Part shown: positions 20,643 to 30,524 of the stretch, one piece after another | Layout: every line of letters begins with the position of its first letter | Position numbering within the stretch: the stretch's first letter is position 1 | DNA from: an uncultured Ohtaekwangia sp. | GTDB lineage: Bacteria > Bacteroidota > Bacteroidia > Cytophagales > Cyclobacteriaceae | Assembly (NCBI GenBank): GCA_964429845.1 | Contig: CAYSCT010000012.1 | Span: 18,412 to 82,411, forward strand | Length of the DNA stretch: 64,000 nucleotides | Reading direction: 5' to 3' | Translations under genes and position numbers: made by a program | Notes under the pieces: generated by a model | Database searches by the model: none | The model's input: the letters and a program-made list of their open reading frames with translations, nothing else | Told to the model about the DNA's origin: nothing

Positions 20643-20677
20643 ATCAAAAGACCCAGGTTGTCCGGGTCTTTTGATTT
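20641..20677. terminator. Bidirectional Rho-independent terminator
   Basis: AAATCAAAAGACCC...GGGTCTTTTGATTT 14-bp stem between convergent genes. Confidence 0.8.
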
Positions 20678-20712
20678 ACCAAAAATATTTGTTCTCTAAA
20701 AGAGACTCTGAT

Positions 20713-22251
20713 CTAGAGCACAGGCAAAGCATTTCCCACGAAGTCATTAGGATTACATAGAGGGATTTTTGACCCCCATTTGCTATTAATAGCTTCAATG
20801 AATTGATTGGCTATATAGGCGGATCCTCTCTGATTCGGGTGTACTCCGTCTAATGAGAAGGCCCCAAAAGGAGGAGAAATGGTGGCTGTAAGGGATGAGC
20901 CATTAATGGTTACAGCACCACTTCTAAGCTCACTTAAAATCGCGTTTGCATTAACGAGTACCAACCTGTCAGAGTTAGCGTTTACAAGGTTTGCAATTGT
21001 ACCATTAAAACCATTGATCGCATCTTGAATTTCCGCTTGTTCGCTTGGCAACAAAACCCAATTGTCAGCTAATGGAACGGAGACGCCATTTACCAATAGT
21101 GGATTTCCTCCAACCAATGTACCAATAAATGCCGCAGCAGGGAGAATGATTAGATCACCTTGTGCTGTAGATGTGGGAGCCACTGCTTGCCTGGCAAATC
21201 GGAAAGGTTCTAATTGATCCCGTTGTGATGAAGTCATTGCTCCTGCGCTCACTAATGCATCCCATAACGGGCCCAGATCGCGGGCGGTTTCGTCATGGAT
21301 AACAACCCTGTTACCCGCACCAGCGGTGAAGCTTATTTTTCTCGCATCCATTTCATTTGCAGGCAGGTTAAATGGCGCACCTTTAAATGCGTTTAAGGTA
21401 TTGTTATAACCAGCAAAGTTTGAATTAAGGATACTTGTTGTTACGGCATCTAGTGGTACCGGGTTAACAGGAACGGTGGTGAAAAATGGTATTGAAGTTA
21501 CGTTAGGAATGTTAGCCACAGCGCCTTTTGCACTTGAATTCGCACCAAGCATTGCACTAAGCGCTGCACCATAAGCAGCTTGAAATGCAGCTTGCGATGT
21601 TAAAATGGCTGGATTTGATGCGCCTCCTGTTGCATACCCAAGGACATCGTTATTACCAAGCCAGAAGGTAAAGAACGTACCACCATTTGACATAGATGCC
21701 ACAGCATCACCTATCAATGTAGAGGTGCCTGGGTTAGATGCAATTCGAGCGTAGTATGGATTGAACAAGGGATTTCCTGATGCAGGACCTCCTAAAAGCG
21801 GAGTTTGTGCGGTTTGAATGGTTACACCAGGAACACCCCAGTTATTCAGGGCAGTTTTGCTACCTGGATAAGGCGCAAATACCGTTGCATCACCAGTAGT
21901 TGGAGAGGGAGCCGGTGAAGAAGGGTTCTTCAATATCAACCTACCTTGTGTGCAACCCCCACTCGGGTTGGAACAACCATTGGTCGATGTAACAGTGGGT
22001 TGCGTAAATACAATATTTGCATTTAGTTGAGCTGCCTGCCTTGCAATGATTGCTGGAAAAGAGTTCGCTTGGCCTGCAGCATATAGGGCATTGTCCATTA
22101 AGCCGGCACTCAAAGAGTTTCCTATTGAAACCATCTTGGTCATATCTACCGAGCCAAATGTTGGTTCGGGTTGCTCCGGAAAATCGTAGGTACACGCTCC
22201 CAGAATTGAAAGCGTAATCAGAGATGTTATTAATCTATTTTTCATAGTCAT
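20713..22251 (-). CDS. SGNH/GDSL-family lipoprotein
   Basis: Lipobox LGA-C; blocks GNSLSAG, WLGNND, DGVHPN. Confidence 0.85.
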   Translation of the reverse strand: MTMKNRLITSLITLSILGACTYDFPEQPEPTFGSVDMTKMVSIGNSLSAGLMDNALYAAGQANSFPAIIARQAAQLNANIVFTQPTVTSTNGCSNPSGGCTQGRLILKNPSSPAPSPTTGDATVFAPYPGSKTALNNWGVPGVTIQTAQTPLLGGPASGNPLFNPYYARIASNPGTSTLIGDAVASMSNGGTFFTFWLGNNDVLGYATGGASNPAILTSQAAFQAAYGAALSAMLGANSSAKGAVANIPNVTSIPFFTTVPVNPVPLDAVTTSILNSNFAGYNNTLNAFKGAPFNLPANEMDARKISFTAGAGNRVVIHDETARDLGPLWDALVSAGAMTSSQRDQLEPFRFARQAVAPTSTAQGDLIILPAAAFIGTLVGGNPLLVNGVSVPLADNWVLLPSEQAEIQDAINGFNGTIANLVNANSDRLVLVNANAILSELRSGAVTINGSSLTATISPPFGAFSLDGVHPNQRGSAYIANQFIEAINSKWGSKIPLCNPNDFVGNALPVL

Positions 22252-22263
22252 GATCAGTCGAGG

Positions 22264-25200
22264 TTATTTCATGAGTTCATCGAAAGTGAGAGATATATAG
22301 TAGATGCCACCCAGAGTTGGGCCACCGTAATTTAGCACATACCGTTCGTTGGTAAGATTTGATCCGCCAATCTTTATAACAGATTTCATTTCTTTCAGAC
22401 GATAGCTGATTTGAGCATCAACTGTACCGATGGCAGGAACATTGCCTTGCGCGAATGAAGATTCCCACAAGAATGCATCTTGCCAGCGATAGGTAATATT
22501 GAAGCCAACATTATCAGTGACTTTTCTATTGCCGAAAGATATATTGTACTTGTGCTCGGGTGTATTGAATTCAGCTAAGAATCCGTCTGTAGCCAACTTG
22601 TCTGCATCATTAAGTTTATTCCAGTTATAGTTAGCGCCAACTTTATAGCCTTTTTGCAAGGCATACTCTATACCCAGAGCAAAGCCCTGTGCAACAAGGG
22701 TTCTATCTACATTGGTAGGAATCGAAAAGGTATTCTCTTTGCCGACTGTGGTGATAGGGGTTAATAACGTCTGGGCGTTTCTGATGTTCTGCTCTGTTCT
22801 TGGGTCAAAGTTATAACGAATATCCGTAGGCATTCCTTGTATATCGATTACACCGGAGGCCTTTCTAACGAACTGGGAGGCAATAAAATCGTTGTAAGTA
22901 TTATGATAATAGACAACGTCAACGGATAAAGAGTTGGCGAATACGCCTCTATATCCTACTTCTACTGATTGTACCTGTTCAGGTCTAACCGGGGCCACTG
23001 ACGTTACAGGCCTCAATAAACCAAGGTTGTTGGGATCGCCAATAGCTGTTGGGTTGCTCGCATTACTTGCTACGGCAGCAGTATAGGAGTTAACAGATCG
23101 TAAATCATAGGCATACTGTAGGGCGTTTCTGGCGATTGCATATTGTGGTAGCCCTCCAATAAGCCGGGCGCTTACTACATTTAAGTCAATGTGTTGATTT
23201 TGCGTGGTGGGTAATCTGAAGCCGGTCTGGAAAGAAGTTCGTATTGCTGAGTTCGGGTTAAGGGAATATACGGCTGAGAATCTTGGATTAATCTGTGCTT
23301 TGAAATTTTCATTCTTATCCCAGCGTATAGAAGCCATCAAATTAAGCTTGTCGTTCACTACTTTTTTGGACGCTTGCGCATAGGCCCCTAATTCTTGAAT
23401 GGTAATGTCATTGCCTGTGGTGTCCGCGAATATAGTACCGTTAGAATTTAGATCATATAGCCGGTAAGTGCCACCAGCGATCAACTCCATCCATTTAATC
23501 TGGTTTTTGAAGTTGTATCTTCCTTCGGCATGATAAAGTCTGGTCTGGTCATTAAACAGTGAGCCACTAGGTATTACTTTGCTTCTTGCTTCAGTTTTGG
23601 CTGCTTCAAACTCAGGAGACCCGGGAAGGTAGCGGCCGACATCTGCAGCGCTTCGGGCGGCATTGTGGGCATTCTCTTGCTGGCCTATACTGGGTGCGGT
23701 TCCCCCAAAAGGGTTAAAGCCTTGTGCAGCGAGACTACTGAGATAACCTATGGAGTAATCACGATACCACATGCTGTTTGTTTTCCAAGCATCATTAATC
23801 AAGATACCTGTTAGATCAGCTATGTATGAGTCGCCCGAGTCTTCAATGGTAGTATAACCTCTCACAAAGAAATTACTTCCTTTTAATTCGAGTTTGTGTT
23901 GCTGTATGCTAAAGTCTTTTAAGGAATATCGTTGGGCACCAGTGTAAACGGAGGTGCCGGCCCCATAATTCAATAGATACGAAAGTTCAAGTTTGTCTGT
24001 AATGCGGTAGTTTAAGCCAACATTGGCTTTCAAGTTTTTTGCACCGTAATCCACCAAGTGTTGTTCCTCATACGGAGTCCTAGAAACAACTTGATCAGGT
24101 AACCATTGTGTGAAGGGGGCCAGTGGAGTGCTTGCTAGTGCTGGTGCCAAGGATAGTCTTACAAGGCCCAAACTGTTAGCAACCTCATCGCCAAAAGCAT
24201 GTACACGGTCCGCCCCTGGGTTGAAACTCAATCCTCCTTGGCGTTCAGGGTTTTTATCTTGCATGTTGGTTCCATACCAATCGGTTGCTTGACTGTATGA
24301 TAACGCTACTTTGAATGCAAACTTGTTATTGAAGGCTTTTGCATAACGAAGGGCACCTTCCCACATAGGTTGCGCAGATGAAGGGCCAATTGGGCCGGGT
24401 TGACCGCTGTTGTCCAGATTAGAACCTCCACCAATGTGATTCATGCTGTACTTCGCAAACGCGCTAAGTCCCTGGTATTCGAACGGGCTCTTGCTGTTGA
24501 CTAAAAGGATACCGTTAAATGCATTTGGTCCGTATAATGCTGACGAAGACCCAGGAAGAAATTCGACACTCTCAACATCTAGTTCGCTGGGGCCATTCAA
24601 ATTACCAATCGGGAAGTTAAGCGCGGGGGCTTGAGTGTCCATACCATCGGTTAGTTGAACGAAGCGTGTATTACCAGTTGAGTTAAATCCTCTGGCATTA
24701 ATGATCTGGAAGTTAATACTGCTACTCGTCATGTCAAGACCTTTCATATTGATAAGCCCTTTGTAGTAGTTGTCTGAGGCGGTAGTCTGTACACCCAGAA
24801 TATCCATCTTTTCAATACTTACCGGAGAAAGCCTGACATCTGTATCGGAAAATGTTCCACCCGATACTACAACTTCCTGGAGTACGGTTACTTCCATAGA
24901 AATATTTAAGCCGGTTGTGTTAGCTTCTGTAACATCTAGCTCAATCGTTCGGTAACCGATATTAGAAATGCGAAGTTTAAGCGGGGGTGGGAGGTTAACT
25001 TTTAAGTTAAACTCTCCACTGTTGTTGGTAATTGTCCCCAACACAGTTCCGATGACTATAATATTGGCACCGGGAAGTACTTCTCCAGTAACTCCATCTT
25101 TCACGGTTCCAGAAATCGAAGTAGTCTGGGCCATGATTGCGAATGAGCTACCTAAGAAAAGAAGCACTGAGATGAACGACTTCTTGTAGAATAGATTCAT
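22264..25200 (-). CDS. TonB-dependent receptor with N-terminal CarboxypepD_reg-like domain
   Basis: Signal peptide, ISGTVKD..LPGANI, plug motif PGSSSALYG, barrel strands. Confidence 0.92.
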   Translation of the reverse strand: MNLFYKKSFISVLLFLGSSFAIMAQTTSISGTVKDGVTGEVLPGANIIVIGTVLGTITNNSGEFNLKVNLPPPLKLRISNIGYRTIELDVTEANTTGLNISMEVTVLQEVVVSGGTFSDTDVRLSPVSIEKMDILGVQTTASDNYYKGLINMKGLDMTSSSINFQIINARGFNSTGNTRFVQLTDGMDTQAPALNFPIGNLNGPSELDVESVEFLPGSSSALYGPNAFNGILLVNSKSPFEYQGLSAFAKYSMNHIGGGSNLDNSGQPGPIGPSSAQPMWEGALRYAKAFNNKFAFKVALSYSQATDWYGTNMQDKNPERQGGLSFNPGADRVHAFGDEVANSLGLVRLSLAPALASTPLAPFTQWLPDQVVSRTPYEEQHLVDYGAKNLKANVGLNYRITDKLELSYLLNYGAGTSVYTGAQRYSLKDFSIQQHKLELKGSNFFVRGYTTIEDSGDSYIADLTGILINDAWKTNSMWYRDYSIGYLSSLAAQGFNPFGGTAPSIGQQENAHNAARSAADVGRYLPGSPEFEAAKTEARSKVIPSGSLFNDQTRLYHAEGRYNFKNQIKWMELIAGGTYRLYDLNSNGTIFADTTGNDITIQELGAYAQASKKVVNDKLNLMASIRWDKNENFKAQINPRFSAVYSLNPNSAIRTSFQTGFRLPTTQNQHIDLNVVSARLIGGLPQYAIARNALQYAYDLRSVNSYTAAVASNASNPTAIGDPNNLGLLRPVTSVAPVRPEQVQSVEVGYRGVFANSLSVDVVYYHNTYNDFIASQFVRKASGVIDIQGMPTDIRYNFDPRTEQNIRNAQTLLTPITTVGKENTFSIPTNVDRTLVAQGFALGIEYALQKGYKVGANYNWNKLNDADKLATDGFLAEFNTPEHKYNISFGNRKVTDNVGFNITYRWQDAFLWESSFAQGNVPAIGTVDAQISYRLKEMKSVIKIGGSNLTNERYVLNYGGPTLGGIYYISLTFDELMK

Positions 25201-25316
25201 AAGATTATCAAGGTTTAGTCCTTAAATCTACAAGAAAAACTATAAAAACAATCGTTTGAAAGCCCTTTTTTGGAGTGGTTAGTATTTCTTTAGCCCATGC
25301 CTTTTACTACCCAGGA

Positions 25317-25646
25317 CTAACCGTTTTTCTGCACGTGCCGGGCCAGCTTATCGCAAAGGGCCCGCATTTCGTTGGCCATGAATTCATCGCCTGTGGCGTT
25401 GAGCACGCTTTGCGAGAGTCCGCCAATGCAGTCGATGTAAAATCGTTTCATGTCGTCCACCGGCATGTCTTTGGCCCACAGGTCGATGCGCAGGGTATTG
25501 CGTTGGGTATGATCCCACAGGGCCAGGCTGATCGACTTGGTTTCAGACAATCCTTCCTCAGGCTTGTCGGTGGCATCCCACAATATGCGTTCGGGCACGT
25601 TGTTGCTATCTAATTCTACAGTAAATGCGATGTTGGATTTTTTCAT
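25317..25646 (-). CDS. gldC: Gliding motility protein GldC
   Basis: VELDSNNVPERILW, LWDH...LRIDLWAKDMPVDDMK. Confidence 0.9.
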   Translation of the reverse strand: MKKSNIAFTVELDSNNVPERILWDATDKPEEGLSETKSISLALWDHTQRNTLRIDLWAKDMPVDDMKRFYIDCIGGLSQSVLNATGDEFMANEMRALCDKLARHVQKNG

Positions 25647-25759
25647 TTTTTATCTTCTCTTAATCACGGAACACTGTTATCAACTACCTCTTTCTTATCC
25701 TACCTTAACGTTGTGCAAATGATTAACCTGTTCCCTCTGGTTTCATTACAACTACAAAG

Positions 25760-26419
25760 TTAACCTATTTTCATTTCCGGGATTTCGCCTTCTATCACCA
25801 GCCTTCCTTCCGTGGCATTTTTTATTTGTTCGGTGGAAACTCCCGGGGCGCGTTCGAGCAATCGAAAGCCTCCTTCGGGTAAAACGTCTAATACCGCCAT
25901 GTCGGATACAATGCGCTTAACGCACCGCAAGCCGGTAATGGGTAACGTACATTTTTTCAGCAGCTTAGAGGCCCCGTCTTTGCTACAGTGCTGCATGGCT
26001 ACAATGATGTGGCGTGCCGAGGCCACCAGGTCCATCGCGCCTCCCATGCCTTTCACCATTTTGCCGGGCACTTTCCAGTTGGCTATGTCGCCCTGTTCAG
26101 AAACCTCCATAGCCCCCAGAATGGTCAGGTCTACCTTGCCGCTGCGGATCATACCAAAGCTTTCCGCGGAACTGAAAAGGGCCGATCCTGGCATCATGGT
26201 AATGGTTTGTTTACCTGCGTTAATCAAATCCGGATCTACTTCGTGCTCTTTGGGGAAGGGGCCGATGCCGAGCAGACCGTTTTCAGACTGCAGCACTACC
26301 TGCAGGTGCGAAGGAATATAATTGGCTACCAGGGTGGGTATGCCGATGCCCAGATTGATGTACATGCCATCTCTCACTTCCTGGGCTATCCGTTGTGCTA
26401 TTCCAATCTTATCTAACAT
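25760..26419 (-). CDS. scoB: 3-oxoacid CoA-transferase subunit B
   Basis: NLGIGIPT, SENG catalytic Glu, GMGGAMDL. Confidence 0.92.
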   Translation of the reverse strand: MLDKIGIAQRIAQEVRDGMYINLGIGIPTLVANYIPSHLQVVLQSENGLLGIGPFPKEHEVDPDLINAGKQTITMMPGSALFSSAESFGMIRSGKVDLTILGAMEVSEQGDIANWKVPGKMVKGMGGAMDLVASARHIIVAMQHCSKDGASKLLKKCTLPITGLRCVKRIVSDMAVLDVLPEGGFRLLERAPGVSTEQIKNATEGRLVIEGEIPEMKIG

Positions 26420-26537
26420 AGAAATTTGAAAATTTGAAGATGGTATGATTTGAAAATGAGTGGTGAATCGATTCAGGAATGGAAACTGATATTTGCCTCA
26501 CGTCACAGCTTCATTCTACTGTTATTTCATTTTCCCA
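26420..26537. repeat. Intergenic spacer with the same TTTGAAAAT reiteration as the four-helix-bundle element, but no ORF
   Basis: AATTTGAAAAT at 26423, AATTTGAAGATG at 26431, ATTTGAAAATG at 26448. Confidence 0.55.
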
Positions 26538-27233
26538 TTATTTGGTAATGGTTCGTTGCTCTATCCGCTTCTCGTAGTTCGTTCCCTGGAATATACGACT
26601 TACATAGATGCCGGGCGTATGAATTTCATTCGGGTCTAATGTGCCTGCCGGAACCAACTCTTCCACTTCTGCAATCGTAATGCGACCTGCCGCTGCCATC
26701 ATGGGGTTAAAGTTGCGTGCCGTGCCGCGGTAAACCAAGTTACCAGCCGTATCGCCACGCCAGGCTTTAACGAGCGAGAAATCTGCTTTTAGCCACCGTT
26801 CCATCAGGTAAGTTTTTCCGTCAAACTCGCGCACCTCTTTTCCCTGCGCCACTTCGGTGCCCACGCCTGCCGGTGTAAAAAATGCCGGTATGCCCGCTCC
26901 GCCCGCCCTGATTCTTTCCGCCAATGTACCCTGTGGAATCAGTTCTACTTCCAACTCTCCCGACAGCAACTGGCGTTCGAATTCGGCATTCTCGCCCACG
27001 TAGCTGGAGATCATTTTTTTTACCTGCCGTGTTTTCAGCATCAGGCCAATCCCAAAATCGTCTACACCTGCGTTGTTGGAAATGCAGGTGAGGCCTTTCA
27101 CCCCTTTCCTCAAGAGGGCGGCAATACAGTTCTCCGGAATGCCACATAAACCAAACCCACCCAGCATCAAGACGGCATGGTCGGGTATATCGCGTATGGC
27201 TTCATCGGCCCCGGCCACTACTTTGTTAATCAT
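26538..27233 (-). CDS. scoA: 3-oxoacid CoA-transferase subunit A
   Basis: [29 protein letters not shown]. Confidence 0.93.
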   Translation of the reverse strand: MINKVVAGADEAIRDIPDHAVLMLGGFGLCGIPENCIAALLRKGVKGLTCISNNAGVDDFGIGLMLKTRQVKKMISSYVGENAEFERQLLSGELEVELIPQGTLAERIRAGGAGIPAFFTPAGVGTEVAQGKEVREFDGKTYLMERWLKADFSLVKAWRGDTAGNLVYRGTARNFNPMMAAAGRITIAEVEELVPAGTLDPNEIHTPGIYVSRIFQGTNYEKRIEQRTITK

Positions 27234-27298
27234 AGGCTAACAGTAATTAGGCTGGCAAATTGCCAAAAGGGGCCCACATTGTAAAGGTCTTTTTGCAG

Positions 27299-28231
27299 CT
27301 AGGCCTTATTCAGCACCTGTAGCGCATGCAGCTTGTCTTTGTGCAGTTGTTCCTTCAGGCCCTCCAGGTCGCTGAATCGAATGTCCTGGCGCAGTGCAGC
27401 TATCAGGTTGATTTTCAGTCGTTCACCGTAAATCTCCTGGTCGAAATGGAAGATGTTTACTTCGATGTTGCGCTTGGAGCCGTCTACCGTTGGCCGGTTG
27501 CCAATGTAGAGCATACCTTGATAAGTTTGTTGTTGGTGCTCTACCGTGGCCGCATAAATACCTTCCAGCGGAATGAGCTTGTGGTGGCTGTCTACATCGA
27601 TGTTGGCAGTGGGGAAGCCGAGCATGCGTCCCAACTTGTCGCCTTTCACTACCTGCCCGCTGAGCGAATAGGGGCGGCCCAGCAAGTGGGTGGCTGTGTC
27701 AATATCGCCCGCCTCCAGGGCTTTTCGAATTTTAGAGGAGCTAACACCAATGTTGTCAACTTCGTGGCGCGGAATTTCTTCAACCTCAAAACCATAAGTG
27801 GGTCCGTTGCGCTTTAGTTGTTCAAAGCTTCCTTCGCGGTTTTTCCCAAACCGGTGGTCGTAGCCGATCACCAGCTTTTTGGTGCCTATTCTTTCCACCA
27901 GGATTTTGGTGATAAAATCGATTGAAGAAATCTGCGAAAACTCCCTGGTGAAGGGAATGCGGAGCAGATGCTGTACCCCTTGTTCCTTCAGCAGTTCGGC
28001 TTTTTCTTCGAAAGTGTTGAGGATTTTAAGGGTAGGATCGGCTGGGTTCAGGATAAACCGCGGATGGGGCCAGAACGTAATCACCACCGTTTCGCCCTGT
28101 GTTCGCTCAGCCATCTCGCGCAAGCGCCCCAGAATTTTCTGGTGGCCCAGGTGCACGCCATCGTAAGTGCCACTGGTTACCACAGCATTTTTTACCGGGC
28201 TGAAATCATCGATGGAGTAGTAGATTTTCAT
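27299..28231 (-). CDS. ribF: Bifunctional riboflavin kinase / FAD synthetase
   Basis: GTYDGVHLGH, GYDHRFG, GFPTAN, RNIEV; start moved to ATG 28231 (MKIYYS). Confidence 0.95.
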   Translation of the reverse strand: MKIYYSIDDFSPVKNAVVTSGTYDGVHLGHQKILGRLREMAERTQGETVVITFWPHPRFILNPADPTLKILNTFEEKAELLKEQGVQHLLRIPFTREFSQISSIDFITKILVERIGTKKLVIGYDHRFGKNREGSFEQLKRNGPTYGFEVEEIPRHEVDNIGVSSSKIRKALEAGDIDTATHLLGRPYSLSGQVVKGDKLGRMLGFPTANIDVDSHHKLIPLEGIYAATVEHQQQTYQGMLYIGNRPTVDGSKRNIEVNIFHFDQEIYGERLKINLIAALRQDIRFSDLEGLKEQLHKDKLHALQVLNKA

Positions 28232-28235
28232 GCCA

Positions 28236-28622
28236 TCAATGCCATTGAATTTTAGCCGGATAATTTTCAAACCAGGGATCTTTGGTTACAATTACCAGGT
28301 TTTCGCTTATAGCCTGAGCGATCAGCATGCGGTCGAAGGGATCGCGATGGTGGAATGGAAGGTCGGACAGCTTCAATACATGATTTTTGGTGATAGGGAG
28401 TACATCTAATCCACTCAATTCAATAATCTGGAAGATTTCCCCGATGTGTTTACCTAATTGTAATTTGTGAAGAGAATGTTTGATGCTTTTTTCCCACACG
28501 CTTGCCATGCTAATCAGGCAAGAGTTATTTGGGTCTTCAATAGCGTGCTTAACGGAGTCAGGGAGCAACGGATCATCGGTCATAAACCAAATTACCGCGT
28601 GGGTATCCAGTAGGAGATTCAT
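28236..28622 (-). CDS. vapC: PIN-domain toxin (VapC family)
   Basis: LLDTHAVIW, SVWE, HRDPFDRMLIAQA, VTKD. Confidence 0.92.
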   Translation of the reverse strand: MNLLLDTHAVIWFMTDDPLLPDSVKHAIEDPNNSCLISMASVWEKSIKHSLHKLQLGKHIGEIFQIIELSGLDVLPITKNHVLKLSDLPFHHRDPFDRMLIAQAISENLVIVTKDPWFENYPAKIQWH

Positions 28623-28834
28623 TAAACGTATTCTCTAAAGTCTTCCAGTGGTTCGTCAAAGTCCGACCTCATCGTTATTAATCCCTTGGCCAAACCTGCC
28701 CTTCGTTTTGGGTGTAAAGAACTGGCTTTGGCAGCTTTTTGTTTTTCCAAAAGAAATTCTATAAAGTTCCTAACCTCCTTTTGAAGCGACTCTGGGAGTG
28801 ATTTTATTTCATCGTATAGGGAGGCATGCTTCAT
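28622..28834 (-). CDS. DUF2281-type antitoxin
   Basis: LPESLQKEVRNFIEFL and C-terminal GLAKG...DFDEPLEDF; 1-nt overlap with vapC. Confidence 0.85.
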   Translation of the reverse strand: MKHASLYDEIKSLPESLQKEVRNFIEFLLEKQKAAKASSLHPKRRAGLAKGLITMRSDFDEPLEDFREYV

Positions 28835-28837
28835 ACA

Positions 28838-28845
28838 CAAATATA
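28838..28845 (-). promoter_or_regulatory. -7 element directly before the antitoxin ATG
   Basis: TATATTTG on the minus strand, 3 nt before ATG 28834. Confidence 0.55.
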
Positions 28846-28857
28846 CAAAATGCTATC

Positions 28858-29508
28858 TCAAACAATGTTGTCGATTGAACTGGCTGTTTCTAGTGTGAAT
28901 GAACCAATTCTGGTTCTGCAAAGTTCGGTCAGGTAGGCGCCCACCCCCAGTTGGTTGCCCACATCGCGCGCCAGGCTGCGTATGTAAGTACCCTTCGAGC
29001 AAACTACCCGAAAGTAAACGCGGGGCCATTCTATCTTTTCCACCTCAAACAATTTGATTTCCACCTCGCGGCTCTTCAGCGCGGCTTCTTTGCCTTTGCG
29101 GGCGAGTTCGTAGGCACGCTTTCCAGCTACCTTGATGGCCGAATGAAGTGGGGGAACCTGTTGAATGAATCTGGTAAACTGACTAAAGGCTGCCCTCACA
29201 TCGGCCTCCTTGAGGTGTGCAATGTCAAGGGGTGGCGTGGCCTCTGTCTCCAGATCGTGCGAAGGCGTTGTCTGCCCCAAAACAAAGACCCCCGTATATT
29301 CCTTTTCTTCAGCCTGGAACTTTTCAATCTCTTTAGTCATCTTGCCGGTGCAGATAATCAGCAGTCCCGTGGCCAGCGGGTCCAGAGTGCCGGCATGGCC
29401 AATCTTTTTCAGTTTCAATTTGTAGCGAAGTTTGTTCACTACATCGAACGATGTCCAGCCAAGCGGCTTGTTAACCAGCAGAACCCGATCGTGAGGGGTG
29501 GTTTGCAT
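28858..29508 (-). CDS. truB: tRNA pseudouridine(55) synthase
   Basis: KPLGWTSFDVV, GHAGTLDPLATG, CSKGTYIRSLARD. Confidence 0.96.
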   Translation of the reverse strand: MQTTPHDRVLLVNKPLGWTSFDVVNKLRYKLKLKKIGHAGTLDPLATGLLIICTGKMTKEIEKFQAEEKEYTGVFVLGQTTPSHDLETEATPPLDIAHLKEADVRAAFSQFTRFIQQVPPLHSAIKVAGKRAYELARKGKEAALKSREVEIKLFEVEKIEWPRVYFRVVCSKGTYIRSLARDVGNQLGVGAYLTELCRTRIGSFTLETASSIDNIV

Positions 29509-30302
29509 TACACGATGGCCAGGTTAACACCCAGCCACGAGAGAATCAGCAGCAGGGCGCCCAGTACAATCCGGTAGTAACCGAACCAGCGGAATCCGTG
29601 GCGCGTAAGAAATCCAATAAAGGATTTGATGGCCAGCAGGGCCACCACAAACCCCACCACGTTGCCAACAGCTAAAAGTGTTATTTCTTCTGCGCCAAAC
29701 CGGTGGCCGTCCAGATAAAACGAAAGTAGTTTATAGCCAGTGGCAGCCAGCATGGTAGGTACCGCCAGGAAGAACGAAAATTCGGCTGCCGTTTTTTTGT
29801 TCAGTTTTTGAAAGAGACCGCCAATGATGGTAGCTGCTGAGCGCGATACGCCAGGCACCAACGCCAGCGTTTGAAAAAGCCCTATCTTGAAAGCCGCTGG
29901 ATACGAAACTTCACTGGCTCCGTAGTGCTCCGTATCAACAAACAGTCGGTCTGCGTAGAGGAAAAAGATACCACCGGCAATCAGCATGTAGGCTACTACG
30001 TCCACACGTTCCAACAAGGTGTCAACGGTGTCGCCAAGCAGAAAACCCAATATGGCTGCCGGAATGAAGGCCACCAGTAATTTGAAATAGAATGCGAACG
30101 ATTTGAAAAATTGCTTCCAGTACAAAACCACTACCGACAGGATGGTGCCCAGTTGGATGGCAACGGTGAATGTTTTGGTAAATGGATTAGAAGCAATGCC
30201 AAGCACAGACGAGGCGATGATCATGTGGCCGGTGGACGATACAGGCAAAAATTCAGTGAGACCTTCTACGATGGCCAATATTACAGCATCTAAAAAAGAC
30301 AT
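29508..30302 (-). CDS. uppP: Undecaprenyl-diphosphate phosphatase
   Basis: [29 protein letters not shown]. Confidence 0.95.
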   Translation of the reverse strand: MSFLDAVILAIVEGLTEFLPVSSTGHMIIASSVLGIASNPFTKTFTVAIQLGTILSVVVLYWKQFFKSFAFYFKLLVAFIPAAILGFLLGDTVDTLLERVDVVAYMLIAGGIFFLYADRLFVDTEHYGASEVSYPAAFKIGLFQTLALVPGVSRSAATIIGGLFQKLNKKTAAEFSFFLAVPTMLAATGYKLLSFYLDGHRFGAEEITLLAVGNVVGFVVALLAIKSFIGFLTRHGFRWFGYYRIVLGALLLILSWLGVNLAIV

Positions 30303-30311
30303 AGCGGCTGT

Positions 30312-30521
30312 TTACTGCTTTTCTTCCCGGGGTGTATGCAAAATAGCGAATACCTCAATCACAAAGCCTGCAACCACGACAATGGGGCTCAGCGTAATAC
30401 CCAGGAAGCCGAAGCCATGCGGCTCGGTGTCCATGGCCATAATGATGAAGCCCAGGGCAATTACCACAAAGCCCACGATCATTAACTGATAATTCTTTTT
30501 ACCAAAGGGAAGCTTGCTCAT
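30312..30521 (-). CDS. DUF3098 family membrane protein
   Basis: FGKKNYQLM..G...GFIIM; conserved position between ftsX and uppP. Confidence 0.85.
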   Translation of the reverse strand: MSKLPFGKKNYQLMIVGFVVIALGFIIMAMDTEPHGFGFLGITLSPIVVVAGFVIEVFAILHTPREEKQ

Positions 30522-30524
30522 AAT

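Noticed and set aside
20713-22251. GNSL instead of GDSL as a sign of an inactive enzyme
   Set aside because: The nucleophile Ser and the DxxH block are present, and GNS is a common variant in this lipoprotein family
28858-29508. Short TruB as a truncation
   Set aside because: The catalytic motifs are complete, and TruB lacking the C-terminal PUA domain is usual in this phylum
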